The notes beneath the pieces are model-generated. The model ran no database searches, was not told the origin of the DNA, and saw only the letters and a program-made list of their open reading frames with translations. From Faecalimonas sp. (GTDB taxonomy: Bacteria; Bacillota; Clostridia; Lachnospirales; Lachnospiraceae): a stretch of DNA of 64,000 nt. Position 1 is the first letter of the stretch. Each line of letters begins with the position of its first letter. The DNA lies in the NCBI GenBank assembly GCA_045531155.1, contig JAZSDK010000065.1:4564-68563 (forward strand), written 5' to 3'. A program made the translations under genes and the position numbers. Shown here one piece after another: positions 49,763-59,752 of the stretch.

Positions 49763-51042
49763 TGAAACAATTTTTGACAGTATTAAAATTTGAATTAAAC
49801 AACTATTTTAAGAACAAAAGCTTTGTTGTTACTACCTTTATCCTTGCCTTTGTAATTGCAGCAGTGGTCATAGTACCGACTATGATACCAGGCCTATTGG
49901 GTGATGATAAAGAGCCGGCTTCCGGAGCCGATAACGAAGTTGTGCTTGATGAAGAAATTGATATAGAAGCAGAGGATGAAGCAGAATTAGAGTTGTTAGG
50001 TCTTTGCTTGAAAGAAGAGGCTGGCTTGGATGCTGAAATGGTGAAAGCACTTTACCCTGCAGAATGGACCACATATGAAGATGACAAAGAAATGAAAGAA
50101 GCAGTGGAAATGGGTGAACTGGATGCCGGATTTATAATCGAGAGCCCGGCAGAAGTCGTTTATGTGGTAAACGACCTTTCTATGTATGATTATCTCGGCG
50201 ATATGTTTGGCCAGACATTAGCAGAGTGTTACAAGCAGCAGTATCTCATGGATAAAGGTCTGACACCGGAGGAGATTGCAGAGTCAGAAAGCTTTTATGT
50301 AAATGTAACAGAGGAAGTGCTAGGAAAAGACGGAGGACAAAATTACTGGTACACCTATGTGTTGGTATTCGTTGTTTACTTCCTCATTATCTTCTATGGA
50401 CAGATGATTGCTACTTCCGTTACAACCGAAAAGAGCAATCGTGCTATTGAGATTCTGGTGACAAGTGTGAATCCAACCAGCTTGATAAGCGGGAAGGTGC
50501 TTGCAGGAGCTATTGCAGGTGTACTGCAGGCCGGCATTATTCTGGGTAGTGGATTTGTGCCCTATAGTTTTGTAAAAGATGCCTGGGGCGGAATGCTGGA
50601 CTTCCTGTTTGATATTCCTACAAACGTGCTCGTTATCTATGCTGTATTTGCTGTTTTAAGCTACTTATTATATGCTTTTATATTTGGTATGTTAGGTGCA
50701 TTGGTTTCTAAGACAGAGGATATCAGTAAGAGCTCATCTCCGGTATTGATGATTTATATTGTATCATTTATGATTGCCATATTTGGCATGTCAAGTGACA
50801 GCAACAATATTGTAATGAAGGTTGCTTCTTACATTCCATTCACTTCCGGAAATGCCATGTTTGTTCGTGTGGCTATGGGAAGCGTGCCAATATGGGAAGT
50901 GATTGTAGCGGGAGTAATCTTGGCAGCAAGCTGTGTGATTGCCGGCATTTTGGCAGCGAAGATATTCCGATATGGAACGTTACATTACGGCAATCCGATT
51001 AAATTGAAGACGGCAATTAAGAAGGCTGCAGAACAAAAGTAA
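49762..51042 (+). CDS. ABC-2 type permease (NatB/YhaP-like)
   Basis: EKSNR..EIL.TS..P..L..GK; one N-terminal TM helix plus a C-terminal multi-TM domain. Confidence 0.88.
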   Translation: MKQFLTVLKFELNNYFKNKSFVVTTFILAFVIAAVVIVPTMIPGLLGDDKEPASGADNEVVLDEEIDIEAEDEAELELLGLCLKEEAGLDAEMVKALYPAEWTTYEDDKEMKEAVEMGELDAGFIIESPAEVVYVVNDLSMYDYLGDMFGQTLAECYKQQYLMDKGLTPEEIAESESFYVNVTEEVLGKDGGQNYWYTYVLVFVVYFLIIFYGQMIATSVTTEKSNRAIEILVTSVNPTSLISGKVLAGAIAGVLQAGIILGSGFVPYSFVKDAWGGMLDFLFDIPTNVLVIYAVFAVLSYLLYAFIFGMLGALVSKTEDISKSSSPVLMIYIVSFMIAIFGMSSDSNNIVMKVASYIPFTSGNAMFVRVAMGSVPIWEVIVAGVILAASCVIAGILAAKIFRYGTLHYGNPIKLKTAIKKAAEQK

Positions 51043-51053
51043 CAGATATAGTG

Positions 51054-51090
51054 CAAAAGCGTGAATTCTTTGTGAATTTACGCTTTTTTT
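51054..51090 (+). terminator. Intrinsic terminator
   Basis: aaaagcgtgaattc / gaatttacgctttt followed by T run. Confidence 0.75.
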
Positions 51091-51156
51091 ATAAACATAT
51101 ATTTGAAAATGTGTTAATATAAAGAAATGGATAATACTAGAAAAAGGAGGAACAGC

Positions 51157-52905
51157 ATGTTACGATTACTGTTAAGTGAAGTAAAAGAATATAAAAAAGC
51201 GTCCATTGCGACGCCAATCTGCATGATTTTTGAAGTGGCGATGGAGATGTGTGTTCCGTTTTTAATGGCATCGATTATTGATGAAGGTGTGGAAAAGGGG
51301 AATATGACACATATATATCAGGTAGGAATCGTGATGTTTATTGCGGCTGCCCTTGGTCTTATTGCAGGGCTTTTAGGGGGGAGATTTGGCGCAAAGGCAT
51401 CCACCGGATTTGCAAAGAACCTGCGTGAACGAATTTTCAACCACATTCAGACCTTTTCTTTTGCCAATATTGACAAATTCAGTACCGCAGGTCTGATTAC
51501 GCGATTGACAACTGACATTACACACATTCAGATGGCTTATCAGATGTGTCTTCGTATGTTTACGAGAGCACCATCCAGCTTGATTGTTGCAATGGCAATG
51601 GCATTTTATATTAACAAAAGAATTGCAAGCATCTACCTGATTGCAGTGCTTCTGCTTGGTGTTGTGTTGTTTACTATTATGAAACGAGCAACCAAGTACT
51701 TCCAACAGGCGTTTCCGAAATATGACGAGATGAATGCGGCAGTACAGGAGAATGTTTCTGCTATTCGTGTGGTAAAAGCCTATGTACGTGAAAAGGAAGA
51801 AACTTCGAAGTTTCAACGTACCAGTGAAAATATTTATAAGATTTTTGTAAAGGCAGAAAAGAATATCATTTTCAATGGACCAGTCATGCAATTGACAGTA
51901 TATAGCTGTATCTTGTTAATCAGCTGGCTTGGCGCGAAGATGATTGTATCTAACACCCTTACCACGGGAGAACTTATGAGTCTTCTTGCGTACTGTATGA
52001 ATATTTTGATGAGCCTCATGATGCTTTCTATGGTATTTGTTATGATTACCATGAGCACTGCAAGTGTGAAGCGTATTGCAGAGGTGCTTCGGGAGACCAG
52101 TGATATTACCAATCCGGAGAGCCCGATTTATGAAGTTCCGGATGGAAGTGTAGAATTTAGAAATGTAAATTTCTCTTATAAGAAGGATTCAGAAGAACCG
52201 GTACTTAAGGACATTAATCTGAAGATAAAGTCTGGTGAAACCATTGGCGTGATGGGGGCAACAGGTAGTGCGAAGACCAGTCTAGTCAACTTAATCAGCC
52301 GTCTCTATGACGTGACCGATGGTGAGGTCTTGGTTGGTGGATACAATGTAAAAGAATATGATTTGGAAAGCCTGCGCAGTCAGGTGTCTGTTGTACTACA
52401 GAATAACGTGCTTTTTTCAGGAACGATTTTGGAAAACCTGCGATGGGGAAAAGAGGATGCGACCTTAGAGGAGTGTCAGAAGGTCTGCCGTCAGGCATGT
52501 GCCGACGAATTTATCCAAAGATTTCCGGATGGTTACGACACCTTTATTGAACAGGGTGGTACCAACGTATCCGGCGGTCAAAAGCAAAGACTTTGTATTG
52601 CCAGAGCACTCCTGAAAAAACCAAAGGTATTGATTTTAGATGACAGTACAAGTGCAGTGGATACTGCAACAGATGCGAAGATTCGCAAGGCATTTGCAGA
52701 GGAGATTCCAAATACTACTAAATTTATCATTGCACAGCGTGTGTCAAGCATCCAGAATGCAGACCGTATTATCGTCATGGAAAATGGTGAAGTTCATGGC
52801 TTCGGTACACACGAGGAGCTCTTAGAGAACAATGAGATTTACCGTGAAGTGTATGAGACACAGACACAGGGCGGCGGAGACTTTGACGAAAGGGCAGGTG
52901 AGTAA
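51157..52905 (+). CDS. Heterodimeric multidrug-type ABC exporter, subunit 1 (degenerate site)
   Basis: GATGSAKT, VSGGQKQR, DDSTSAVD, IAQR. Confidence 0.9.
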   Translation: MLRLLLSEVKEYKKASIATPICMIFEVAMEMCVPFLMASIIDEGVEKGNMTHIYQVGIVMFIAAALGLIAGLLGGRFGAKASTGFAKNLRERIFNHIQTFSFANIDKFSTAGLITRLTTDITHIQMAYQMCLRMFTRAPSSLIVAMAMAFYINKRIASIYLIAVLLLGVVLFTIMKRATKYFQQAFPKYDEMNAAVQENVSAIRVVKAYVREKEETSKFQRTSENIYKIFVKAEKNIIFNGPVMQLTVYSCILLISWLGAKMIVSNTLTTGELMSLLAYCMNILMSLMMLSMVFVMITMSTASVKRIAEVLRETSDITNPESPIYEVPDGSVEFRNVNFSYKKDSEEPVLKDINLKIKSGETIGVMGATGSAKTSLVNLISRLYDVTDGEVLVGGYNVKEYDLESLRSQVSVVLQNNVLFSGTILENLRWGKEDATLEECQKVCRQACADEFIQRFPDGYDTFIEQGGTNVSGGQKQRLCIARALLKKPKVLILDDSTSAVDTATDAKIRKAFAEEIPNTTKFIIAQRVSSIQNADRIIVMENGEVHGFGTHEELLENNEIYREVYETQTQGGGDFDERAGE

Positions 52906-52907
52906 AT

Positions 52908-54812
52908 ATGGCAGGACCTATGGGAAGACAACCACGCGGGATGAAGCCACAGGTAAAAAATCCCGGGAAATTATTTATGAGACTGATGCGCTACGTGTTC
53001 CGCACATACAAGTGGCATTACATTTCGGTCATTGTATTGATATTTATCAGCGTATTGGCAAATGTACAAGGAACGTTATTTACACAGACCTTGATTGATG
53101 ATTATATTGGTCCATTGCTTTTATCTGACACGCCGGATTTCGGACCTCTTGCGGCAGCGATTTTGCGAGTGGCAGGATTCTACCTAATCGGGGTAGCAGC
53201 CTCATTCTCGCAAAGTTTAATTATGACTTACGTTACACAAGGCTGTTTAAGAGATTTGCGAAATGAACTCTTTGAGCATATGGAAAAACTTCCAATTAAA
53301 TATTTTGATACGAATGCTCATGGTGATATCATGTCAGTTTATACAAATGATATTGATACCCTTCGTCAGATGATTAGTCAAAGTATTCCGCAGCTCGTCA
53401 ACAGTGGAGTAACCATTGTCAGCGTGTTTGTCAGCATGGTGATTTTAAGCATCCCATTAACCTTGGTCACATTAATTATGGTCGGGGTAATGCTTCTTGC
53501 AACCGGATATGCAGCAGGAAATAGTGGAAAATATTTTGTAAAGCAGCAGAAGAACCTTGGAAAAGTAAATGGCTTTATTGAGGAAATGATGAACGGTCAG
53601 AAGGTAGTACAGGTATTTTGCCGTGAGGAAGAGAATAAAAAGCGTTTTAAAGTACTGAATGATGAATTGTTTGAGAGCGCAGATAAGGCGCATGCTTTTA
53701 CCAATATTTTGGGACCAATTAACGCACAATTAGGTAATGTGAGTTATGTGTTGTGTGCAATTGTCGGCGGTGCTTTAGCCCTTGGAAATGTGTGGGGATT
53801 TACCCTTGGTAAACTGGCAAGCTTCCTAACCTTTAACAAGAGCTTTAGTATGCCAATTAATCAGGTGAGTCAACAGTTCAACTCCATAGTCATGGCACTT
53901 GCGGGTGCGGAACGTGTATTTAACCTTTTAGATGAAGAAGTGGAAGTAGACGAGGGCTATGTGGTATTGGTAAATGCCAAGGAAGTGGATGGCAAGCTTG
54001 TGGAATGCAAAGAGAGAACGGGGCGCTGGGCATGGAAGCATACACATCAGGCAGATGGCAGCGTAGATTATGTGGAAGTAACCGGTGACATTGTCTTTGA
54101 CGGTGTGGACTTCGGATATACCGATGAGAAGATGGTACTTCATGATATTAAGCTATATGCAACACCGGGACAGAAGATTGCATTCGTTGGTTCTACAGGT
54201 GCAGGAAAGACGACGATTACAAATCTGATTAATCGGTTCTATGATATTCAAGATGGGAAAATCCGCTATGACGGAATTAACATCAACAAGATTAAGAAGG
54301 CAGACTTACGTCGTTCGTTAGGCATTGTATTGCAGGATACACATTTATTTACCGGAACGGTAAAGGACAACATTCGTTTTGGGAAATTGGATGCAACAGA
54401 TGAGGAGATTGTTGCAGCAGCAAAATTGGCAAATGCGCATGGCTTTATCAGACGTCTTCCAAATGGATATGATACCATGCTTGTGGGAGATGGAGCTAAC
54501 CTTAGTCAAGGACAGAGACAGTTACTTGCCATAGCCCGTGCTGCAATTGCCGACCCACCGGTATTAATTCTGGATGAGGCGACAAGCTCTATTGATACCA
54601 GAACGGAGCGTATTGTACAAGATGGTATGGATAAATTGATGGCAGGCAGAACAACCTTTGTGATTGCCCACCGCTTATCAACTGTTCGTAACTCGGACTG
54701 TATTATGGTATTAGAACAGGGAAGAATCATTGAGCGTGGAACACATGATCAATTGATTGAGGAACGAGGAAAGTATTATCAATTATATACAGGAAATGCG
54801 ATTCAGGCATAA
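52908..54812 (+). CDS. Heterodimeric multidrug-type ABC exporter, subunit 2
   Basis: GSTGAGKTT, LSQGQRQ, DEATSSID, IAHRLST. Confidence 0.9.
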   Translation: MAGPMGRQPRGMKPQVKNPGKLFMRLMRYVFRTYKWHYISVIVLIFISVLANVQGTLFTQTLIDDYIGPLLLSDTPDFGPLAAAILRVAGFYLIGVAASFSQSLIMTYVTQGCLRDLRNELFEHMEKLPIKYFDTNAHGDIMSVYTNDIDTLRQMISQSIPQLVNSGVTIVSVFVSMVILSIPLTLVTLIMVGVMLLATGYAAGNSGKYFVKQQKNLGKVNGFIEEMMNGQKVVQVFCREEENKKRFKVLNDELFESADKAHAFTNILGPINAQLGNVSYVLCAIVGGALALGNVWGFTLGKLASFLTFNKSFSMPINQVSQQFNSIVMALAGAERVFNLLDEEVEVDEGYVVLVNAKEVDGKLVECKERTGRWAWKHTHQADGSVDYVEVTGDIVFDGVDFGYTDEKMVLHDIKLYATPGQKIAFVGSTGAGKTTITNLINRFYDIQDGKIRYDGININKIKKADLRRSLGIVLQDTHLFTGTVKDNIRFGKLDATDEEIVAAAKLANAHGFIRRLPNGYDTMLVGDGANLSQGQRQLLAIARAAIADPPVLILDEATSSIDTRTERIVQDGMDKLMAGRTTFVIAHRLSTVRNSDCIMVLEQGRIIERGTHDQLIEERGKYYQLYTGNAIQA

Positions 54813-54879
54813 TATGTGTCATGGGATATGGGGGCGATAAAGTGATAAGTGTCTTATGTCATGGACATGGATAAGTGAC

Positions 54880-55050
54880 TTTCTATAAAACGCTTTAAAC
54901 AATGCATAAATACCCACGATTTCGCGAAATTGTGGGTATTTTATATGGATTGCTACTGTTTTATAGAAATTATCTTAAAAAGGTCTTGTTTTTGAGGTGA
55001 ATTTGAGCATTTATGGGTATTTTAGGTTGAAAAGCGGTGTCTAATACCCA
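54880..55050. repeat. Three 8-N21-8 units (TTTCTATA and TGGGTATT boxes), copy 2
   Basis: TTTCTATA-N21-AATACCCA-N16-TGGGTATT-N21-TATAGAAA-N44-TGGGTATT-N21-AATACCCA. Confidence 0.9.
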
Positions 55051-55104
55051 GAGGCTCTACATAGGAGAGGGCAAATCGCTCTGCAGAAGCTACAGACCAC
55101 CCCA

Positions 55105-55626
55105 CTATTTATTATTGTCGTCTTGCATTGCATTAAAACAAGATGTCAGGTGTATACTATTAGAAGCAGCGATAATTACTTCACGAAACAATGCTTTTTC
55201 ATCGCTCTTGGTACGACCAATATCCTCAATTCTATCTTTGAGTCCAAAGACATGGAATAGGACATTTTCCAATTCTTCGCATAGATAATCGTAAGCAATC
55301 TCCTTAGGATAGGATTTTTCCTGCATTTCACGCAGGGCTACGATATGCTCAAGTGACAGCACGTTTTTGGCAATGGCGATGTAAAACAGATAAGCGATTT
55401 GCTCTGCGTAATAGAGCTTCTTTATTGGCGGTGCAATAATTCCTTTCTTTACATAATTGCTTACCATGGAAGAAGTAATAGTCATGCAGCCAAGGGGTGC
55501 CAGCACATGGTTAACGTATTGAGTTGTCTGCTCTAGATAGAGCCCTTCATTTGGAAGTTCCTCATACCTAGGCATATGAAATACTTTTATGGCCTCAGCC
55601 ATTTGTTGCTTAATCGACTCTTTCAT
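55105..55626 (-). CDS. DUF1836 family putative transcriptional regulator (second paralog)
   Basis: PRYEELP..GLYLEQ, IT.SMVSNYVKK..I.PP.KK.Y; start uncertain. Confidence 0.85.
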   Translation of the reverse strand: MKESIKQQMAEAIKVFHMPRYEELPNEGLYLEQTTQYVNHVLAPLGCMTITSSMVSNYVKKGIIAPPIKKLYYAEQIAYLFYIAIAKNVLSLEHIVALREMQEKSYPKEIAYDYLCEELENVLFHVFGLKDRIEDIGRTKSDEKALFREVIIAASNSIHLTSCFNAMQDDNNK

Positions 55627-55667
55627 GTCCTTTATTTTACTTTTTTTCCTTTTTTTAGTCAACCCCC

Positions 55668-55729
55668 TTGACGCATGTATGGGAAAGTGTTACTATAATT
55701 GTGGTCATCGGTTTTTGAAAAACCGATGA
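55668..55729 (+). promoter_or_regulatory. Promoter of the DegV gene with a downstream perfect palindrome
   Basis: TTGACG-N17-TACTAT followed by tcatcggttttt-g-aaaaaccgatga (55705-55729). Confidence 0.55.
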
Positions 55730-55769
55730 AATGGTTTTAAATGTGATTAATTGGAGGATGAGAAAATAT

Positions 55770-56600
55770 ATGAAAATTAGAATTGTAGCTGATTCCAGCG
55801 CTGATTTAGTTACATTGGAAGATAGAAGTGTAGTTTCGGTTCCGTTGAAAATCAGAACTGACCACAAGGAATATGTGGATGATGACGATTTAGATATCAA
55901 GCAAATGACAGAAGACTTGGCATCCTACCGTGGGAAATCGGGAAGTGCCTGCCCGGGAGTTGGTGATTGGCTGGATGCGTTTGGAGATGCGGACAGAGTA
56001 TTTTGTATCACGATTACAAGTAATTTATCTGGAAGTTACAACTCGGCAATGGTGGCCAAAGAGATGTACGAGTCAGAGCATCCAGATAAAAAGGTCTGCG
56101 TCATTGATTCTTTGTCGACTGGTCCGGAAATGAGATTAATTGCGGAAAAAATCCAGGAACTTCTCGCAGATGGGAAAGATTATGAAGAAATCTGTGAAGT
56201 CATTGCAGAATACCAAAAGTCTACATATTTGGTATTTATGTTAAAATCTTTAACAAATCTTGCCAATAATGGGCGAGTAAGTCCTGCTGTGGCAAAGATT
56301 GCAGGGGTGCTTGGTATTCATGTGGTTGGTATTGCCAGCGAGGTTGGCACCTTAGAACAAAAGGCCAAGTGTCGTGGGGAAAAGAAAGGCATTCTTGCTG
56401 TGTGGAAGCAGATGAAGGAGTTGGGATATAAAGGTGGAAAAGTGATCATTCATCATTGCTTTAATTTGGAAGCAGCAAAGCAGTTAAAAGAGATGATAAC
56501 AAGTGAATTTGCAAATGCAGATGTAGTCATTGGTGTGACTAAGGGTCTGTGCAGCTTCTATGCAGAGCAAGGTGGCATGCTTGTCGGAATTGAATGTTAA
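55770..56600 (+). CDS. DegV family fatty-acid-binding protein (FakB-like)
   Basis: IVADSSAD, TS.LSGSYNSA, IDSLS, L...GRV. Confidence 0.9.
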   Translation: MKIRIVADSSADLVTLEDRSVVSVPLKIRTDHKEYVDDDDLDIKQMTEDLASYRGKSGSACPGVGDWLDAFGDADRVFCITITSNLSGSYNSAMVAKEMYESEHPDKKVCVIDSLSTGPEMRLIAEKIQELLADGKDYEEICEVIAEYQKSTYLVFMLKSLTNLANNGRVSPAVAKIAGVLGIHVVGIASEVGTLEQKAKCRGEKKGILAVWKQMKELGYKGGKVIIHHCFNLEAAKQLKEMITSEFANADVVIGVTKGLCSFYAEQGGMLVGIEC

Positions 56601-56695
56601 TAGTTTAGAAAAGGATATCGTAAAGATGTCCTTTTTTTCTTGCAACTGGGACTTAAGTATCGTATTCTATTAATAATGAAAATGGAGAGATTCTT

Positions 56696-57601
56696 ATGAA
56701 TAGTACAAAAACAGGTTGTACGCTTTGCCCACGGGAATGTAATGCAGACCGTACAAATGGAGAAGTAGGAATATGTGGTGTGAATGGTACAGATATTATG
56801 GGAGCCAGAGCTGCGCTTCATATGTGGGAGGAACCGTGTATTTCGGGAGAAACGGGTTCTGGAACTGTATTTTTTAGTGGTTGCCCATTAAGATGTGTGT
56901 ATTGCCAGAATTATGATATTGCACATGTGAAACGTGGGACAGGGATTACAGTGGAACATCTAGCAGAAATTTTCCTAGGGCTGCAAGAAAAAGGCGCTGC
57001 TAATATCAATCTGGTAACACCGACTCACTATACAATAGAGCTTATTTGCGCGATTACAATTGCCAAAGGAAAAGGTCTAAGACTTCCTATTGTATATAAT
57101 TGCAGTGGTTATGAAAAAGTGGACACTTTAAAGATGTTAGAAGGTATTGTGGATATCTATCTGACTGATTTTAAATATATGGATTCGGAAATGGCAAAAA
57201 GGTATTCAAAGGCGCCAAATTATCCGATAATTGCGAAGGCTGCGTTAGCAGAAATGGTGAGGCAGCAAGGAACTCCGGAGTTTGACGAGCAGGGTATGAT
57301 GAAAAAAGGTGTGATTGTCAGACACTTACTGCTTCCGGGGTATTTGAAAAATGCCAAAGACGTAGTAAAATATGTTTATGAAACTTATGGCGACAAGGTT
57401 TTTCTTAGTCTTATGAATCAGTATACGCCACTTTCACATGTGGAGAGATATCCGGAGATTAATCGACGGGTGACGGAGGAAGAATATGAAGAACTTATCG
57501 ATTATGCGATTGAACTTGGCGTGGAGAATGGATTTATCCAAGAGGGAGAGACGGCAGAGGAAAGCTTTATTCCTGCATTTAATAACGAAGGGTGGAATTG
57601 A
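56696..57601 (+). CDS. Radical SAM protein, PflX-like
   Basis: CTLCPREC..DR, H.WEEP.ISG..GSGTVFFSGC.L.C.YCQN, NINLVTPTH, VRHL.LPG. Confidence 0.88.
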   Translation: MNSTKTGCTLCPRECNADRTNGEVGICGVNGTDIMGARAALHMWEEPCISGETGSGTVFFSGCPLRCVYCQNYDIAHVKRGTGITVEHLAEIFLGLQEKGAANINLVTPTHYTIELICAITIAKGKGLRLPIVYNCSGYEKVDTLKMLEGIVDIYLTDFKYMDSEMAKRYSKAPNYPIIAKAALAEMVRQQGTPEFDEQGMMKKGVIVRHLLLPGYLKNAKDVVKYVYETYGDKVFLSLMNQYTPLSHVERYPEINRRVTEEEYEELIDYAIELGVENGFIQEGETAEESFIPAFNNEGWN

Positions 57602-57603
57602 TT

Positions 57604-58773
57604 ATGGATTATATAATACCACATTATTTCGACAGATTTCGATGCGTGGCGGCAGAGTGTGAAGATACATGCTGTGCAGGTTGGGCGATTATGATTGATG
57701 AAGAATCGTTGGAAAAATACAAAAATATGGAAGGTGCATTTGGAAATCGTCTTCGCAATTCAATCAACTGGGAAAACGGTTCGTTTTGTCAGTATGAAAA
57801 AAGATGTGCATTCTTAAATGAGGATAATCTCTGCGACTTACACATGGAGGCAGGCGAACACATGCTGTGCAATACGTGCAGGGATTACCCAAGGCACATG
57901 GAAGAATATGAAGGATTGCGAGAGGGCTCTTTGTCCTTGTCTTGTATTGAGGCGGCCAAGATTATTTTGGGATGTAAGGAACCGGTTCAGTTTCTCCGCT
58001 TTGAAGACGAGGTAGAAGATGAAGAGTACGAAGATTTCGATTTTCTTCTTTTTACAAAGCTAATGGATGCCAGAGAAAAGATGATAGCGCTATTACAAAA
58101 GCGTGACATTGATATTATGGTGCGAATAGGACTTTGTCTGGAACTAGCACAAAAGATGCAGGACGCATTGGATTCAGATGAATTGTTCAAGGTGGATGAG
58201 ATGCTGGAACAATTCGGAAATATGGATGAGATTGTGGCATTTCAGAGAAGGGAAGACGAACATAAGATTGGGGAAATTGAGTACTGCCAAACAGCGCGAA
58301 AGATGTTCCGCATTTTTGGACAGTTGGAAGTTTTAAAAGAGGACTGGCCAGAATATGTGAAAAAGGCAGAGAAACAATTGTTTGGAGAAGGGCAATCCGG
58401 ATTTGAAAGAAATCGAAGCACATTCCACAAAATGTATGGATTACAAAGTGCACATAATGAGAAATGGTCGATTTGGCTGGAACAGCTGATGGTATACTTT
58501 GTATTTACTTACTTTTGCGGTGCGGTTTATGATGATAATATAATAGGAAAGATGCAGACTGCTGTTGTAACTACGTTTTTGATTCAAGAACTTACCGTTG
58601 CAAAATGGGCAGAAAAGGGCGAACAAATGACGTTTGAAATGTTTGTTGATATTGCTCATAGGGTGTCCAGAGAGATTGAACATTCCGATGTGAATTTGAT
58701 ACGTCTTGAAAAAATATGCAAAAAAACATCAATTTTCCAATCACAGCAACTGCTTCGTGTGGTATTGTATTAA
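57604..58773 (+). CDS. FliB-like (flagellin lysine-N-methylase family) Cys-rich protein
   Basis: F.C....CEDTCC.GW.I.ID, CAFL....LC, C.TC..YPR, LSLSC.EAA, EIEHS. Confidence 0.8.
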   Translation: MDYIIPHYFDRFRCVAAECEDTCCAGWAIMIDEESLEKYKNMEGAFGNRLRNSINWENGSFCQYEKRCAFLNEDNLCDLHMEAGEHMLCNTCRDYPRHMEEYEGLREGSLSLSCIEAAKIILGCKEPVQFLRFEDEVEDEEYEDFDFLLFTKLMDAREKMIALLQKRDIDIMVRIGLCLELAQKMQDALDSDELFKVDEMLEQFGNMDEIVAFQRREDEHKIGEIEYCQTARKMFRIFGQLEVLKEDWPEYVKKAEKQLFGEGQSGFERNRSTFHKMYGLQSAHNEKWSIWLEQLMVYFVFTYFCGAVYDDNIIGKMQTAVVTTFLIQELTVAKWAEKGEQMTFEMFVDIAHRVSREIEHSDVNLIRLEKICKKTSIFQSQQLLRVVLY

Positions 58774-58792
58774 GGGAGAGGAGAATAAAGAA

Positions 58793-59728
58793 ATGAAACA
58801 TATTATTGAAAGTTCGCTGGATTTAATCGGGAATACGCCCCTTTTAAATGCCAGTCGATATGCTGCAAATGCAGAAATAAAAGATGCTATGATTTTAGCA
58901 AAACTTGAATATTTAAATCCGACGGGTTCTGTGAAGGATCGTGCAGCACTTATGATGATACTGGATGCAGAGGAAAAAGGGCGTTTAAAACCGGGGGCAA
59001 CCATTATTGAACCGACAAGCGGTAACACAGGAATCGGACTTGCATCCGTAGCTGCTATAAAAGGATATCAGGCAATTTTGACCTTGCCGGAAACCATGAG
59101 TGTAGAACGTAGAAATCTATTAAAGGGTTATGGCGCACAACTCGTGTTAACGGAAGGAAGCAAGGGAATGAAGGGTGCCATCGAGAAGGCAGAGGAACTG
59201 CAAAAAACCATTCCAAATGCTGTAATTTTAGGGCAATTTGTAAATGAGGCAAACCCGAAAGCACACGAGAAAACAACTGGTCCGGAAATTTGGGAACAGA
59301 CAGAAGGAAAGGTTGATATTTTCATCTCTGCAGTAGGAACGGGTGGAACCTTAAGCGGAACTGCAAAGTATTTAAAAGAAAAGAAGGAAAATGTACAAGT
59401 GATTGCGGTTGAACCGGCAGGAAGTCCGGTCCTTACTGAGGGAAAAGCAGGAGCGCACAAGATACAGGGAATAGGGGCAGGATTTGTTCCGGACACCTTA
59501 GATACAACCATTTATGATGAAGTTGTAACAATTACGGATGAAGACGCATATAAGGAAGCAAAGAGATTTGGAATCTGCGAAGGAATTTTGGTTGGAATAT
59601 CTTCTGGTGCAGCATTAAAGGCTGCAAGTGTGATTGCAAAGAGACCTGAGAATGCAGGAAAGAAGATTGTAGTCATTCTTCCGGATTCGGGGGACAGATA
59701 TTTGTCCACAGAACTGTTTGCAGATTAG
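58793..59728 (+). CDS. cysK: Cysteine synthase A
   Basis: KLE..NP.GSVKDR, EPTSGNTG, GTGGT, HKIQGIG, PDSG.RYLS. Confidence 0.95.
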   Translation: MKHIIESSLDLIGNTPLLNASRYAANAEIKDAMILAKLEYLNPTGSVKDRAALMMILDAEEKGRLKPGATIIEPTSGNTGIGLASVAAIKGYQAILTLPETMSVERRNLLKGYGAQLVLTEGSKGMKGAIEKAEELQKTIPNAVILGQFVNEANPKAHEKTTGPEIWEQTEGKVDIFISAVGTGGTLSGTAKYLKEKKENVQVIAVEPAGSPVLTEGKAGAHKIQGIGAGFVPDTLDTTIYDEVVTITDEDAYKEAKRFGICEGILVGISSGAALKAASVIAKRPENAGKKIVVILPDSGDRYLSTELFAD

Positions 59729-59752
59729 CGTAAATAATTGGAGGCATGGATT

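Noticed and set aside
54813-54879. Short direct repeats tgtcatgg and gataagtg
   Set aside because: Two degenerate copies only, too weak to call; possibly a decayed flank of the adjacent array.
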